A DNA stretch of 63,365 nucleotides, counting the filler, from Octopus bimaculoides (taxonomy: Eukaryota), in the NCBI RefSeq assembly GCF_001194135.2. It is 4 parts of 4 records of this genome, joined end to end, with 100 filler letters (N's around TTAATTAATTAA, not from the genome) between each part and the next. Parts side by side here need not be neighbours in the genome. Positions count along the whole stretch, not along the records: positions 1 to 23,390 come from NC_068982.1; 3 more parts are not named here. The stretch is one strand, 5' to 3'. Below are positions 1 to 14,389 of this stretch, piece after piece. The notes under the pieces are model-generated. The model was not told where the DNA came from and did not search any database. It saw nothing but the letters and a program-made list of their open reading frames with translations. Within the stretch, counting starts at the first letter, position 1; every line of letters begins with the position of its first letter. A program made the translations under genes and the position numbers.

Positions 1-109
1 TTTTTTTTTATTCCAACCTTACAGGCAAAAATTGGTATAATATTACACCAGGTTTAATATATAATATATATGTGTATTACTAATTTAGAGATGAACCGCC
101 ACTCTACAA

Positions 110-600
110 CTCAGTCAAAAGTGGCCGATGCCGTTACCCACTGACTGGCTCCCGTGCCAGTGGCATGTAAAAAGCACCATCCAAATATGGTTGATACCTG
201 GTCCGGCTGACTGGCTTCCGTGCCAGTGGCACATAAAAAGCACCATCCAAACATGGCAATTGCTAGTACCTCTTGACTGGCTCCCATGCCGGTGGCACAT
301 GAAAAGCACCATCTGAACATAATCAATGCCAGGACCACCTGCTTGGCCCATGTGCCGGTGACAAATAAAAAGCACTATCTGAACGTGATCAAAGCTAAGC
401 CCACTTGACTGGCTCCTGTGCCTGTGGCACGTAAAAAGCACCCACTACACTCTTGGTTGGCATTAGGAAGGGCATCCAGTTGTAGAAACACTGCCAGATC
501 AGATTAGAGCCTGGTGCAGCTGCTTGCTCTCCAGACCTCAATCAAACTGTCCAACCCATGCCAGCATGGAAAACGGACGTAAAATGATGATGATGATGAT
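110..600 (+). mobile_element. SINE-like element: five diverged 66-bp tandem units followed by the RTE-type tail ending in (GAT)n
   Basis: GACTGGCTCC-type unit start recurs at 143, 209, 275, ~341 and 407. It is followed by ggcattaggaagggcatccag...catggaaaacggacgtaaaatgatgatg, a tail seen many times in the window. Confidence 0.7.
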
Positions 601-1016
601 ATGTGTGTGTGTATACACACACACATATATATATATATATATGGAAATAGTTGTTGTCATTATCTGTACCAAGAAAATTTTTAGTATGATGCCATGAATT
701 ATCTTGTCAAAACATATTGATATAAATGTCAGCCAAAGATGTCACACACTTGACAACTTCTGTTGTCAGAGCAACATTTACTGTTTTATAAATATTTATA
801 TAAAAATATTATCATACTTTGTCACAGTTCTTAATGATCTAAGTTCACTGCATTCTTGTCATTTAAATTTCTTTTTTCACATATTTCTACTTAACATAAG
901 TGCAGACTTGGTTGTGCGGTTAAGAATGTCACTTTGCAATCATGTGGTTTTATGTTCAGTCGCACTGTGCTTGATCTTGGGGCAAATGTCTTATGTGCTC
1001 GGCTGATGAATGCCCT

Positions 1017-1550
1017 GTGAGTGAACTTGGTAGATGGAAACTCTGTAGAATCCTACTGCATATGCATGTGTCTTTGTGTGTGTGTCCCACCATCATCTGA
1101 CAGCTGGTTTTGGTTTGTTTACACTCCTATAACTAAACAGTTCAGCATAAGGGATTGATGGAATAAGCACCAGCCCTGGACTGACTAATGTCTTGTGAGT
1201 GAACTTGGTTGATGGAAACTGTGTAGAATCCCATTGCTCATGAGTGTGTCTTTGTATTGGTCCCTCACTACCATTTGACAACTGGTGTTGGTTTGTTTAT
1301 GTCTCCATAACTTAACAGTTCAGCATAAGAGATTGATGGAATAAGCACCGGCCCTGGACTGACCAATGTCTTGTGAGTGAACTTGGTAGATTGTGTAGAA
1401 TCCCATTGCACATGTGTGTGTCTTTGTATTGGTCCCCTACAACCATTTGACAACTGGTGTTGGTTTGTTTACGTCCACATAATAACTCAACAGTTCAACA
1501 TCAGAGATTGATGACATAAGCACCAGACTTCAAGAAACAAGTACTGGGGT
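1017..1550 (+). repeat. Tandem triplication of a ~178-bp internal SINE segment
   Basis: gtgagtgaacttggt(a/t)gat...gtagaatcc...acaactggtgttggtttgttta...cagttcagcataag...gaataagcacc repeats three times in tandem. Confidence 0.75.
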
Positions 1551-3713
1551 CAATTTGTTTGACTAAACCCTACAAGATGCTGCTCCAGTATGACCACATA
1601 CTTGAAATANNNNNNNNNNNNNNNNNNNNNNNNNNNNNNNNNNNNNNNNNNNNNNNNNNNNNNNNNNNNNNNNNNNNNNNNNNNNNNNNNNNNNNNNNNN
1701 NNNNNNNNNNNNNNNNNNNNNNNNNNNNNNNNNNNNNNNNNNNNNNNNNNNNNNNNNNNNNNNNNNNNNNNNNNNNNNNNNNNNNNNNNNNNNNNNNNNN
1801 NNNNNNNNNNNNNNNNNNNNNNNNNNNNNNNNNNNNNNNNNNNNNNNNNNNNNNNNNNNNNNNNNNNNNNNNNNNNNNNNNNNNNNNNNNNNNNNNNNNN
1901 NNNNNNNNNNNNNNNNNNNNNNNNNNNNNNNNNNNNNNNNNNNNNNNNNNNNNNNNNNNNNNNNNNNNNNNNNNNNNNNNNNNNNNNNNNNNNNNNNNNN
2001 NNNNNNNNNNNNNNNNNNNNNNNNNNNNNNNNNNNNNNNNNNNNNNNNNNNNNNNNNNNNNNNNNNNNNNNNNNNNNNNNNNNNNNNNNNNNNNNNNNNN
2101 NNNNNNNNNNNNNNNNNNNNNNNNNNNNNNNNNNNNNNNNNNNNNNNNNNNNNNNNNNNNNNNNNNNNNNNNNNNNNNNNNNNNNNNNNNNNNNNNNNNN
2201 NNNNNNNNNNNNNNNNTTATTGAGCGAAAACACCTAAAGCTCCATGAGGCTCCAGCAGAGGATGGTGGCGAACCCTGCTGTACTCTTTCACCACAATTTT
2301 CTCTCACTCTTACTTCCTGTTTCTGTTGTGCCTGTAATTCAAAGGGTCAGCCTTGTCACAGTGTGTCACGCTGAATATTCCCGAGAACTACGTTAAGGGT
2401 ACACGTGTCTCTGGAGTGCTCAGTCACTTGCACGTTAATTTCACGAGCAGGCTGTTCCGTTGATCGGATCAACTGGAACCCTCGACGTCGTAAGCGACGG
2501 AGTGCCAACAACAACAACAATCTATCATACCATTTGCCTTGTAGCACCCACAGACAGGATGTGAGACGTCTTAGTTCAGCTGCTTTGGTGACACCTATTT
2601 GGCATCACTGATTCGACACCAATGTATTTAACATTAGACATTTTAATGTTTCTCTCTCTCTCTCTCTCTGTTTATGTGTGTGAGCATATTTCTCTTTATG
2701 TGTATGAGGAGAGAGAAAGTATTTATGTCAACCAAGTTCAGCTGATAAATTGTAATGTCTCACTCTCTCTCTCTCCTCCTTTCCTTTTTTTGTTTCACAT
2801 TCTGTTAGTATGTGCATATTTCAATAGACACTCTACATATATACATATACACACACATACACACATATATACAATATTCTTAAAGGAACAAAAATTTATC
2901 CAGCAACTCGGGCTAATACAAACAAGCCTAGTAGGTGTGAAAAACTAACTGGCATCTCTTGCCAAGAGCACAGGTGACAGTCAGATCGCAGATGTTTGTT
3001 GTGCATTCCACTATCGTTATTCCTTGTTGTTATCCTGTGCATCTGTGTGTAAAGATCAGTTGTGTTTTGCAGGGTTGCTTTATTTTAACCCTTAACTTAG
3101 AAGAAAGACATAGTGCTAGATAGAANNNNNNNNNNNNNNNNNNNNNNNNNNNNNNNNNNNNNNNNNNNNNNNNNNNNNNNNNNNNNNNNNNNNNNNNNNN
3201 NNNNNNNNNNNNNNNNNNNNNNNNNNNNNNNNNNNNNNNNNNNNNNNNNNNNNNNNNNNNNNNNNNNNNNNNNNNNNNNNNNNNNNNNNNNNNNNNNNNN
3301 NNNNNNNNNNNNNNNNNNNNNNNNNNNNNNNNNNNNNNNNNNNNNNNNNNNNNNNNNNNNNNNNNNNNNNNNNNNNNNNNNNNNNNNNNNNNNNNNNNNN
3401 NNNNNNNNNNNNNNNNNNNNNNNNNNNNNNNNNNNNNNNNNNNNNNNNNNNNNNNNNNNNNNNNNNNNNNNNNNNNNNNNNNNNNNNNNNNNNNNNNNNN
3501 NNNNNNNNNNNNNNNNNNNNNNNNNNNNNNNNNNNNNNNNNNTGTAAGTGCTTGTGCCTCTCTCCCAGAGAGTATATATATATATATATGTGTGTGTGTA
3601 TGTACATATATATGTGTATGTACATACACTTATATATGCATGTGTGTGTATATATTTGTACGCACAATCATATATATATATATGTGTGCATATATATATA
3701 TGCATAATATACA

Positions 3714-3754
<41 letters not shown>

Positions 3755-3757
<3 letters not shown>

Positions 3758-5060
3758 CTGCTTTAGAGATTTGGCTGTCCACCACCATTTCTCTCAATCA
3801 TCCAGAAGTTTCATGATGGTATGCAAGTGAGAGTGACATGTGGTGGTGAAGTCTTGGAACCCTTTGATGTCCAGGTGGCAGTAAAATAAGGATGTGGTCC
3901 TTGCCCCTGCACTGTTTAACATTTACCCGGTGGCTGTAACGCTTTCCAGGAGAAAGTTCACCAAAGAAGACGGAATTCATATTGGGTATTGCTGTGATGG
4001 CAGCATCCTTTAACACCTGCTGCCTGAAAGCCACATCAAGGATCCTCTCAACCACAGTGTACAAGATCCAGTATACTGATGATTCAGCTGCACCATCCCA
4101 TGCCTCTGCCTCTCTTCAACACATGACAAACTCAATGAACAGTGCTATTTTCGACTTGGTCTTCAAGTGAATCATAAAAAATCTGAAGTTCTCCAATCAG
4201 CATTTCCATACTCACCTCCTCCTCCTCAGCCTATTCCTGCTGATGGTCTTCTACCACAGGCAAACTCATTCTGCTATCTTGGAAGCACAGTCTCTAGTAC
4301 TAGACTCCGTAATGAGGGAATACTCCATTGGATCAATTTGGCCTCTGCATCTTTCAAGAAACTCAGCAAATGAGTTTTTTTTCTAACAAGAACTGTTTAT
4401 TAAGCTGTCTATATATCCACCTTCCTCTATGGGTCTGAGTGCTGGACCTTTTATCATCATCCATGTCAGACTACTAGAAGCATTCCATGTTAAATTTCTC
4501 CAGAGTATTCTCAGTCTCATATAGAAGGATAAGCTACCTCATACCAAAATCCTCCCCTGGGTAGGGATCTACAGCACTGAGGCCTGCATTCATTGTCTTC
4601 TCCACTGGGTTGGCCATATGATTTGGATGTTGGGTAACCGGTTCCCAAAGATGGTCCTTTTCAGCAAGATCAAGATTAGAAGTAGGCCTTACTGACATCC
4701 AAAACTTTGTTTTTATGATCATCTCAAGCAGTCGGTCATTTTTGTCCCTCCCAATCAGTTAGAGTCCCTAGTTGTTATTCGGAAGGCATGGAGGTTCGTG
4801 TGTGATGCTGGATTAGAGTGCTTTGAAGTTGAATGCAAGAGACTGCATAAAGAAAGGAGGAGACATTATCCTCAACCCCCTGCAGCTGTTGTTTGGGGTC
4901 ACTTTTAATCCCTTCAGTGCCACAAGGTCTGTCTATGTCATATTGGTCTTGTCAGCCATGTCCACTCCTATGAGAAACAATGTGCTGGAGGCAAAGGAGG
5001 ACGAATGTCTTGAATTGATGCTGTCATCACATGTGGTGGACAGTTATAGGCAAAAAAAAA
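3755..5060 (+). mobile_element. Degenerate RTE-clade LINE, reverse transcriptase 3' portion
   Basis: Frameshifted and stop-interrupted motifs FHDGMQ, VKxGCVLAPALFNIY, IQYTDD (YADD equivalent), NHKKSEV, FCYLGS, LASASFKKLSK and FLYGSECWT. Confidence 0.8.
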
Positions 5061-5118
5061 TTAAGTATCACCACCAAACACCGTCAGGTGTTTAGCTAGC
5101 TCTCTGTTCCTATATTAA

Positions 5119-5338
5119 CCCTTTTGAGACACACACAGTGTTTTAGTATGTGTAGCCAAAAAGACCAAAACTGTTTTCCTATTAAGACAGATCTACTGAA
5201 AGACGATCTTTGATTAGCTATTACACTTCAAAACAAATCATTCACTATGTTTGCTTCACTGGGCAGATGGATCAGCCTCAAAGTCCTTTCAGCTTGTATC
5301 ACTTGGGCTGATCAGTTGGCCTGGGTGTCCCAAGAGGG
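5119..5338. mobile_element. piggyBac-type MITE (220 bp)
   Basis: TTAA at 5115-5118 and 5339-5342. Imperfect TIRs CCCTTTTGAGACAC / GTGTCCCAAGAGGG. Confidence 0.7.
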
Positions 5339-5799
5339 TTAAGGACATTTATATCAACTGACCTCATGATAAAGTCATCATTCTCACAATACACATGATT
5401 TCTCTTAGCCCTTGTACAATTCCCATACTGGCATAGAATTCCATCTGGGAACCACCTCCATTCAAATTCACTGATTCACCTGTCTTTCCTCACCATCATT
5501 CCCAAGATCTCTCACTAAATTCATTTCTTCTCTTAGTTGCAACCTTCTGGGATTCTTCCCTAATCTTAATTTATTTCTGCTCATTGTTCAAGTTGATCAT
5601 CACAATATGGGTGGGTCTACAAAATAATAAGTCTTGCTCCTTAACCCCTGATAAACTAATCGAAAAATATAATATAAAATACAAACAGTACAGAAGCAAG
5701 TTTGTCCAGCATTGCAGAAAGCTGGCTGTATGGACTTGTGTGCTTCATAAAAGGATTCACTTTAAAGTATTGCTTTTAATAAACTGGTTTATTACTTTT

Positions 5800-6550
5800 G
5801 ATATATTTTTCTAATAGCCGACAACACCTTCATAATATGTGACAATGGTTATCACCCATTTATCTTTAGAATGGAAAATTTTTTCAAATGTCCTATCATT
5901 AAAGTATAGTTTTTCAAATGATTAAAATCTCTAACGTATTTCTCCAATGTTAGAAAACACTTATTGTCTGTTTTGCTGTTTTTTTTAGGCTTCTTTCATT
6001 ACATATAATGTTGGCATTATGGCTCTTGGAGAATAACTTGTGTGTAATCTGATTAAACTGATTGAAGTTTCTGCTATATCTCTTACATGATCTTAATGGC
6101 TTGTAATTTTCTCAGCTTTACATTTTTCCTAAATATCTTGCTTATAGCTTCCCAAATGACCAACTTTACAGACTGCATTTACAGACTTTTCTTTATCAAA
6201 GTCACACTCCTTATTAAACTATTGTTCATAATAATATTTTCACACATCCACTAGTGTTATGCCCATAACTATTTCCCATATATTATGCCAATATTTATCG
6301 CTCATACTTTCTTTTTAATGACAGTTACAATTCTAAACATGCTGTCTTTTTTTCCGCGAACTTCACAACTATACACTACGTATAGCAACAGTTTTCACAA
6401 AATATGTATCTCTCTTTATTTTATTTCAAGCCTTTTTAACCCCAATTTATTTCTAGTCATTAATTTTTCCATCTCTTTATTCTATTTTTGACATGTTGTA
6501 TCCATGTTTATTGTTTTGGCAATGCATGATAGCCACATAATCTTTTGTAA
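5800..6550 (-). mobile_element. Possible highly decayed IS630/Tc1/mariner transposase fragment
   Basis: Stop-riddled minus-strand translation includes LIRLHTSYSPRAIMP, resembling the LPxYSPxLNP motif. No TIRs identified. Confidence 0.3.
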
Positions 6551-6755
6551 CATTGAGCCATCACCAATGGCTGTAATTTGATGGGATTAGAGGCGAGTTA
6601 TCTCACCTGTCTATGACTTTCAGGTGTTTTAACACCTGGCACTCTGAGAGAGTATTCTCCACAATGTCAAATTGCAGCTTACAAGCAAATATACTGGCTA
6701 TGCATATATGTGGTTGATAATGTCTATTGCACTAGCACTCCTATTTCATATATAT

Positions 6756-6960
6756 GGTGCTATTTAGTCCAGGTGGTGCTATTGAGTCCAGGTGATGCTA
6801 TTGAATCCAAGTGGTGCTATTGAGACCAGGGGGTGCTATTGATTCCAGGTGGTGCTATTGAGTTCAGGTGGTGCTATTGAGACTAGGTGGTGCTGTTGAG
6901 TCTAGGTGGTGCTATTGAGTCCAGGTGGTATTATTGAGCCCACATGGTGTTACTGAGTTT
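6756..6960. repeat. 19-bp minisatellite, about 10 copies, consensus GAGTCCAGGTGGTGCTATT
   Basis: Ten consecutive units read directly from 6765 to 6954, plus partial flanking units. Confidence 0.95.
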
Positions 6961-9088
6961 GTCATGGCCCGGGCCAATAATGGCCAAAACCAATCTAAGT
7001 TATATATATGTACATACATGTGTATGTTCTTGTCTTTGTGCTTGACCCCACATTGCTTGACAATTAGTGTTGGTTTGTTTACGTCCCAGTAAATCAGCAA
7101 TTTGGCAAAAGGGACCAGACTTAAAAAAGATTAAATAATGGGATCAATTTGTTCAACTAAACTTTGTAGTGCCCCAGCATGGCTGCAGTCCAATGACTGA
7201 AACAAGTAAAAGAACTTAAGAAACTATGTCATTTGCATGTGGAGTATTTGTTTCAATATTGTGGGATTTTGTTTTATGTAATATAATTAGATTAACTGAA
7301 ATATGTTGAAATGTTATGTCAGTTGAAGTTTGCAAACCAATGGAATAAAATGGGTTTCTCACAAATATTATGTGGATAATATACAGCTCTATGTATTTTT
7401 ATTCTTTTACACATTTCAGTCATGCTGGAGCACTGCCTTAAAGGGTTTTAGTCGAGCAAATCAACCCCAGGGCTTATTCTTTGTAAGCCTAGTACTTATT
7501 CTATCATTCTCTTTTGCCGAACGGCTAAGTTACAGAGATTTAAACACTCCAACATGGGTTGTCAAGCAATGGCAGGGGGACAAACAGAGACACACATTCA
7601 CACACACACCCACATATATAGTCCGCTCTGCAGAGTGGTTACTGTTAGGAAGGGCATCTAGCTGTAAAACCCCTGCTAAAACAGACACAATAACCTAGGG
7701 TAGTTTTTCTACCTGGCTGGCTCCTGTCAACCATCCTACCCATACATGCATGAAAGTTGGACGTTAAATGATGATGAGGATGATGATATATATATATATA
7801 TATCTACATACACACGATGGGCTTCTTTCAGTTTCCATCCAATAAATCCACTCACAAGGCTTTGGTTGGCCTGAGGCTATAGTACAAGACACTTGTCCAA
7901 GGTGCCATGTAGTGGGACTGAACCAGGAACTATGTGGTTGGAAAGCAAACTTCTTACCATACAGCCACACCTCATATTTTATTTATTGGCAAACAAAGCA
8001 ACGGTTTATATGTTGTCTGTGGTTTCAACAATTTTCATTGCTGAAAATTGCATATTAAGTACATGATTAAGTTTAAAATTTCAAAATTTTGCCTTGAGAC
8101 ATGCAGTGTACCCTGGTGGTCAGTTATTGTAAAGGGAGATAATTGTTTCTAGATAAATCTTGGCTGGATTAGAAGTTTAAATTTTAAATGGAAGGCCAAG
8201 GATGTATGAAATATAAAGACCCCCCTTCAGTCATGAATGACCATGGGATTGCACCTAGAAAGTTACCCTCCAAGATACAAGTCGGGGCAAGGTTGTTTAT
8301 GGAAGACCAGCAGTCACCCATACATACCAGCCTCCCCTCTCCACTCCACCGATGTTATCCAAGGGAAAGGCAAAAGCCAATACAGCTTGGCACCAGTGAC
8401 GTTGCAACTCATTCCTACAGCTGAGTGAAACGAAGCCATGTGAAATAAAGTGCCTGGCTCAAGAACACAACACACAACCCATTGGTTTTGAGCCTGACCT
8501 TCTAACTACTGAGCCATACATATTTGAATTCAAAAAAAAATTTTTTTTTGCTTACACATTACAAATATCTTGTATTCATTTGTTTTTTTTATTTCCTTGT
8601 CTTGTTAACGTTAACAAAGGAAAATAAATAATTGAAGTTTAATAGTTTAAAATTTTTGTGTGAAATTCACCAAGACTACAAACACATGCATTAAATGTAT
8701 ATACACTGGACTACCAAACATTGATTTTTCTTTTTTATTTTTAATTTGAAGTAGATACTACATATTAGACATATTTCTAATGATTCGTTAATAAATTGTC
8801 TTCACACAAATATATCAACCACATTTGATAACAACATAAACTCCTGTCTGCATACATACAGATCTATTTTTGAATTCCTAATATAAGAAATAATTCTGCT
8901 TTTTATACATATGCACTGTTTGGCATTGAATCATTTCAGATATTATGTTTTTTTTATTCATCTTCATGAAAATTCTTGTATGTTTTTTTATGTTTGTTTC
9001 CATCAAAATTATCATGCCCTCTTTTCTTTCATGTCAGTATATATTTATTTGTTGTTTTTGTTATTATTATTATTAACAACAATAACAG

Positions 9089-9185
9089 ACAAAAAGAAGG
9101 GAGTGAGAAAATGAATTGTAACCTCCAGGCGAAACATGAAGAGAAAATTAAAATGATTCGCCGACAAAATACTGCTGCTCTCATG
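9089..9185 (+). CDS. CEP112: CEP112-like exon, (R)QKEGSEKMNCNLQAKHEEKIKMIRRQNTAALM
   Basis: Acceptor aataacag at 9088 and donor GTAAGT at 9186. An alternative in-frame acceptor is at 9128/9129. Splices in phase 0 to the next two exons. The joined peptide aligns without gaps to my recollection of the vertebrate CEP112 C-terminus. Confidence 0.75.
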
Positions 9186-11913
9186 GTAAGTTACACCTAA
9201 CAGAAAATGATTAATCAAATGTCAAAAAAAAACTACATTCTTTCTCTGTTAAATTCTTTATTTATTCTTTCATCTTTATTAATTTATCAAAGAATGAAAT
9301 CAGGGGAAATTTCCCTAAGGAATAACTTTGCCATTAAATCTGAATATGAAATCCAAATAGAATTGTTTATCTTTTTGCTGAATATTACTTTGAAGAGCTG
9401 ACAGAATTCAATCATTGTTGATAATTCTTTCCAAAGTTATTGGAATGAACGTTTCTCAGAAATATAGCCTTTGTTGCTGCTGCTGCTGCCTCTGCTGCAG
9501 TTAGCTTTTGTTGAGGCAAAAAAAATATATAAATTCTGAATATACCAGAAATAGTAAAGAATGGAAAATGATATGGCTTCAACATCATTGCTTCCATGTT
9601 AGTAATTGTGTATTTGAATTATATTACCAAACTAGCTTTCAAGACTAAATTTTTTTTTTTCTGTTTATTATAAAACTTATATCAATAAATGGACAGTTGT
9701 CTTTTTTTAAATAATTTTATTATATTAATAAAATTAGCTTTATCTGCATGAAGCTGCTATCACAATGAATATTTATTCAGTTCTATATAAATCATATCAA
9801 ATCAATAGATTTTATTATATGCAATCAGAAAGATTTTATTATATGAACTTTGACTTTCTTGTGAGGTCTTTTACTTTCAGAGAAAAGTTTTGCAATTTTT
9901 TTTTTTTTTTAAAGAATAAATAATCACATAGCTCTTACATTTGAAAAATAAATTTTAAAAAAGTCTTAATGGTAAAATATCTTATATTCTTTTATTAATT
10001 TATGATAAAAAAAAAATATGTGATAGGATGGTGCAAAATAGCATGTCAAATTTAATATCATAGTATTTATGTTGATATTGACAGTAAAAATTATTGAGCC
10101 GAAAGCTAAGTTCTTGAGATTAGAGATGGACTAGACGTAGCCATATCACCTGAACAAAATAAAAAAAACATCAAAGAAATATTGATACATATGTCTGCAG
10201 TTTTGCCATGAGATACAGCTACTGTAGTGTGGCTGTCTACAGAATTATTAGCCACAATTTGTCTGTTTCTTATCACATTATGTTTCCAACTCTAGAGATA
10301 CTTGTTTTAGTTATGCTATTTTTTCACACACACATTTATACTTTAAACCATGTACTGGGTTCTGGCATGTAAACTGATCAGAATGTTACGGCCAATTGCA
10401 CGCTGACCATTGCACCTCGGCAATATTGACAATTCTTCAGACATGGTGATTGGAAGTATTGCTTAGTGTAATAGTCAGTGTGAAACTAATGGTAACCATC
10501 TGACCTGTTTTATGTGCCATAACCAGTGATATACCGCATGATGGCATGAAAATATAACCACTCTATTTCCCATTTTGAGTGTGCTTATTCTCTGACTTAT
10601 GGATGACCAACTGTGAACCTTTGTTAAACTGTACAAGTAAGAGGGGAAGCAAGTTTGATTTAGCTGATTGTTCAACTTAATCAATGGTAGCAGTTAATAT
10701 TGTAAATGTATATAAAGCAATGAGCTGGCAGAATCATCAGCAAGCTGAGTAAAATGCTTAGCAGCATTTCGTCCATATTCCACCAACTTCAACTCTGTCT
10801 TTCATCCATTTAGGGTCAATGTAATCGACATACCCCTTCCTCAAAATTGCTGGCCTTGTACTAAAATTTGAAATTTATATTAAATACTGCTATAAAAGGG
10901 GCAAGCTGGCGGAATCATTAGCATGCCGAGCAAAATTCTTAACCGCATTTCATCCCTTTAGCATTCAGATTTCTTTCCCAAATGTAAGGCTTATTTATTC
11001 ACATTGTTTTGAATTAATTACACATTATTCTGTAATTTCAAGATTTCAATGGTGTGTTTATATATTTTTAGAATGACCTTGTAGGGTAGATGTGAAAAGT
11101 TGGATCTGATCAGTTTTCACATAAAGCAGGTAGAATATTTGGGCCAAATTAAATGCTAACACCCAAAACTGTTAAATTCACTTCAAAATTACTTTAGGAA
11201 GTGACAAAATTTTCATCACACAACCATGACCTGGTTACTGTCACAGTTCCACTGCAATTCATGTGTCAGTGACCAGGCCACACCATTAAGTAGAAGTAAA
11301 ATTAAAGTGAATTTAATAAATTTGGGTTTAAGGCATTGTGTTCAGATCATGAGATGATTTTGATTCCTGAACAAAGTGGTACATTGTGTTCTTGAGCAAA
11401 ACACTTCATTTCATATTGCTCCAGTCCACTCAGCTGTAAATGAATAACCCTGCAATGTTATTCCACAAGGAATATTGTGACTTTGGTCACTTATATGCCA
11501 TAGAAAATGAGTAACCAGCCTTGTGAGTCCTCAGGCTCAAGACAGTAATATCCAGGGTCTTACTTATTTACTGTGTGATGTAGCTGCCTTATTTTCACCC
11601 CACAGCCTCAGATCAGATCATTTGCTATTCAGGTACAACTCCAAAATTATAAGAAAGAGCTTTTACATTATCAAAACTAGTTGTATCCATCACTATGCTG
11701 ACGAGTAATGATCTAATCAAGATGAAATAGATCCTTCAGAAGCCTACTACAGTGATAACATTGATATGCTCCTGAACAACAACTCGTTATAGTGAAAGTT
11801 TTTTTGGTTTTTTTAAAGTCTGTGTTGCATTGTTGAAAGATATACAGAAACACACACTTGCGCACACACACAAACAATGGAAAAAGATAACTAAATGTAT
11901 TATATATATATAA

Positions 11914-12503
11914 ATACAGTGTACATTTAAACACATAAGAGGTATCCATCATAGGATTCCTTGCACACTAGAAAGAACAACTAAGTTCCAAACCACTATT
12001 AGGGATAAAACTTCGAAGGGAATGAAAAATAAAAACATTTACCATCTAGTTCCTGGACCAATGGTTTCTGACTTATTGTAGCAAATAAAATAATTTGCCA
12101 GGCGAAGTCTTCTTCAGCAGGTACACCCAGATTAAACATATATACATGAGGCAATCCAGTATATGCCCCATGCTTATACATTCTAATTTTTCAAATCTAC
12201 TGTGCAAGCACAGCTCCTTGTCAGCAGTAAATAAAAATTGCTTTTCAATTCAAGAATGATCCAGAAAAAATTATCAATAATTAATAATATCAAGGGTAAT
12301 AAGAAATATTAGAAATTTCTACTTCCATGTAAAAATTTAGTCCATAGACTATATATTATTCATATATATACAGTCTACATTTAAACACATAAGAGGTATC
12401 CATTATAGGATTCCTTGCATGCAAGAAAGAACAGCTAAGTTCCAAACGACTATTAGGGATAAAACTTCGAAGGGAATGAAAAATAAAAACATTTACCATC
12501 TAG
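11914..12503. repeat. 136-bp direct repeat pair (11914-12049 and 12368-12503)
   Basis: atacagt(g/c)tacatttaaacacataagaggtatcc...cttcgaagggaatgaaaaataaaaacatttaccatctag occurs twice with few mismatches. Confidence 0.9.
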
Positions 12504-12846
12504 CTATATATATATATATATAGCTATTTTTTTATTTCTATGTTGCATTGTATTGATAGACCTGCATTTAAAATTCCCACATTTTTAATCAAAACTTGTT
12601 AGTTATTATGGTGACAACACTATCTATCTATCTCATAGTCTTTCTGTATTTCTCTCTCAACAACAATTTTTCTCCACCACCTTCTAAATATACATTGTGA
12701 CAGGTGTTAATCTCTCTTTTTGATTCCTCCTCTTCTTCCCTCCTTCTAATAGATATTGTGACAGACAGACAGACAAAGATCAGCTTCTCTTTTATAATAT
12801 ATGATTTATAGTAATTTAACAGGTTTCACAATATATTTAAACGTAG

Positions 12847-12936
12847 GCTCTGCAACAGAAATATGATGAAGATTATTCAAAAGCTCGAAATCATGAACGA
12901 CAACTTGAGCAGCAAATCAGCCACTATGAAGAAAAG
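12847..12936 (+). CDS. CEP112: CEP112-like exon, ALQQKYDEDYSKARNHERQLEQQISHYEEK
   Basis: AG at 12845-12846 and donor GTAATT at 12937. 90 nt, phase 0-0, no stops, coiled-coil composition. Confidence 0.8.
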
Positions 12937-14389
12937 GTAATTCAGATTTATTTAATGCTTCAGTAATAATCATCCACATTTCCATGCTCGCATGGATCAA
13001 ATGGAGTTTATTGAGGCAAATTTTTTATGGTCTGATACCTTTCCTGTCACCAACCCTCACCTGTTTCCAAGCAAGATAAATATTTCCCCATGGCCAGATA
13101 TATTGTTGCAGAATTTTAGAAATAAACGACACTCTTGTATGACAGTGACACTCATTTACAACTAATATGCGATGTCACAACAAGGAAACACAAACACACA
13201 CACTCTCATGCATTTATACATATACACAACAGACTTCTTTCAGCTTCCATCTACCAAATCCACTCACAAGGCTTTAGTTGGCCCAGGATTATAGCAGAAA
13301 GACACTTGCCAAGGTGCCACACCATGGGACTGAACCTGAAACCATGTTGTAGTGAGGAGAATGAAGTACTCCATCATCATCACCAAGCTGTCTCTTTTAC
13401 TCTTTTACTTGTTTCAGTCATTTGACTGCGGCCATGCTGGAGCATGTGGTTGGTAAGCAAGCTACTTACCACACAGCCACTCCTGCGCCTTAAACATCTA
13501 TTGATGTTTTATGATATCTGGTATTCTTATATGAATATGCCAGGTAGGGCAGATGACTCTTTGCTATGTCTTCCTGCTGTCAAACAATTCAGAAAAGTGA
13601 TGCTGGTGCAGAATAGTATGACATAAATTGCTTAATTGTTATAATTAAAAATCATTATTATTAATAATTATTAAGGTGGCAAGCTAGCAGAATTGTTAGA
13701 GCATGAAACAAAATACTTAGAGCATTTCATCTGGCTCTTAATGTTCTGAGTTCAAATCACACCAAGGACAACTTTTCAGTGTTGATAAAATACAGTACAA
13801 ATAAGATATTGGGGCTGAAGGTACTGACTAACCCTTCTCCTCAAATTTCTGGCCTTGTGCAAAAATTGGAAACCATTATTATTATTATTATTAAGGCAGC
13901 AAAGGCAGTGAACTGGCAGAATCGTTAGCATGCCAGGTAGCATTTTACCTGTCCTTACATTCTGAGTTCGACTTTGCTTTTCATCCTTATAGGGTTGATA
14001 AATAAGTACCAGTTGATCACTGGGGATCAATGTCATCAACTTACCCCCCCCCCCCNNNNNNNNNNCCAAAATTTGAAACCACTATTGATAAGGCAGTGAG
14101 CCGGCAGAATCATTAGCATGCTGGACAGCATTTCTTAGCAGTATTTCTTCTGGTTCTTGGCATTCTGAGCTCAAATCCCATCAAGGTGAACTTTGTCTTT
14201 CATCCTTTCAAGATCAACAAAATAAAGTACCCTTCAAAGTACTGAGGTTAATGTAATCAACTCATCTACTCCCTCTAAAATTGCTGGCCTTGTGCCAAAA
14301 TTAGAAACGGTTATCATTAAAGTCTCATTAAGGAATAACGACTGCAGAAAACAGCTTTGTATAAGTTAGCTTTTCTTTCTTTATTTCAG

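Noticed and set aside
10330-10690. Non-SINE block that looked transposase-like
   Set aside because: All frames are interrupted and I could not assign an ordered catalytic motif set; left unannotated.
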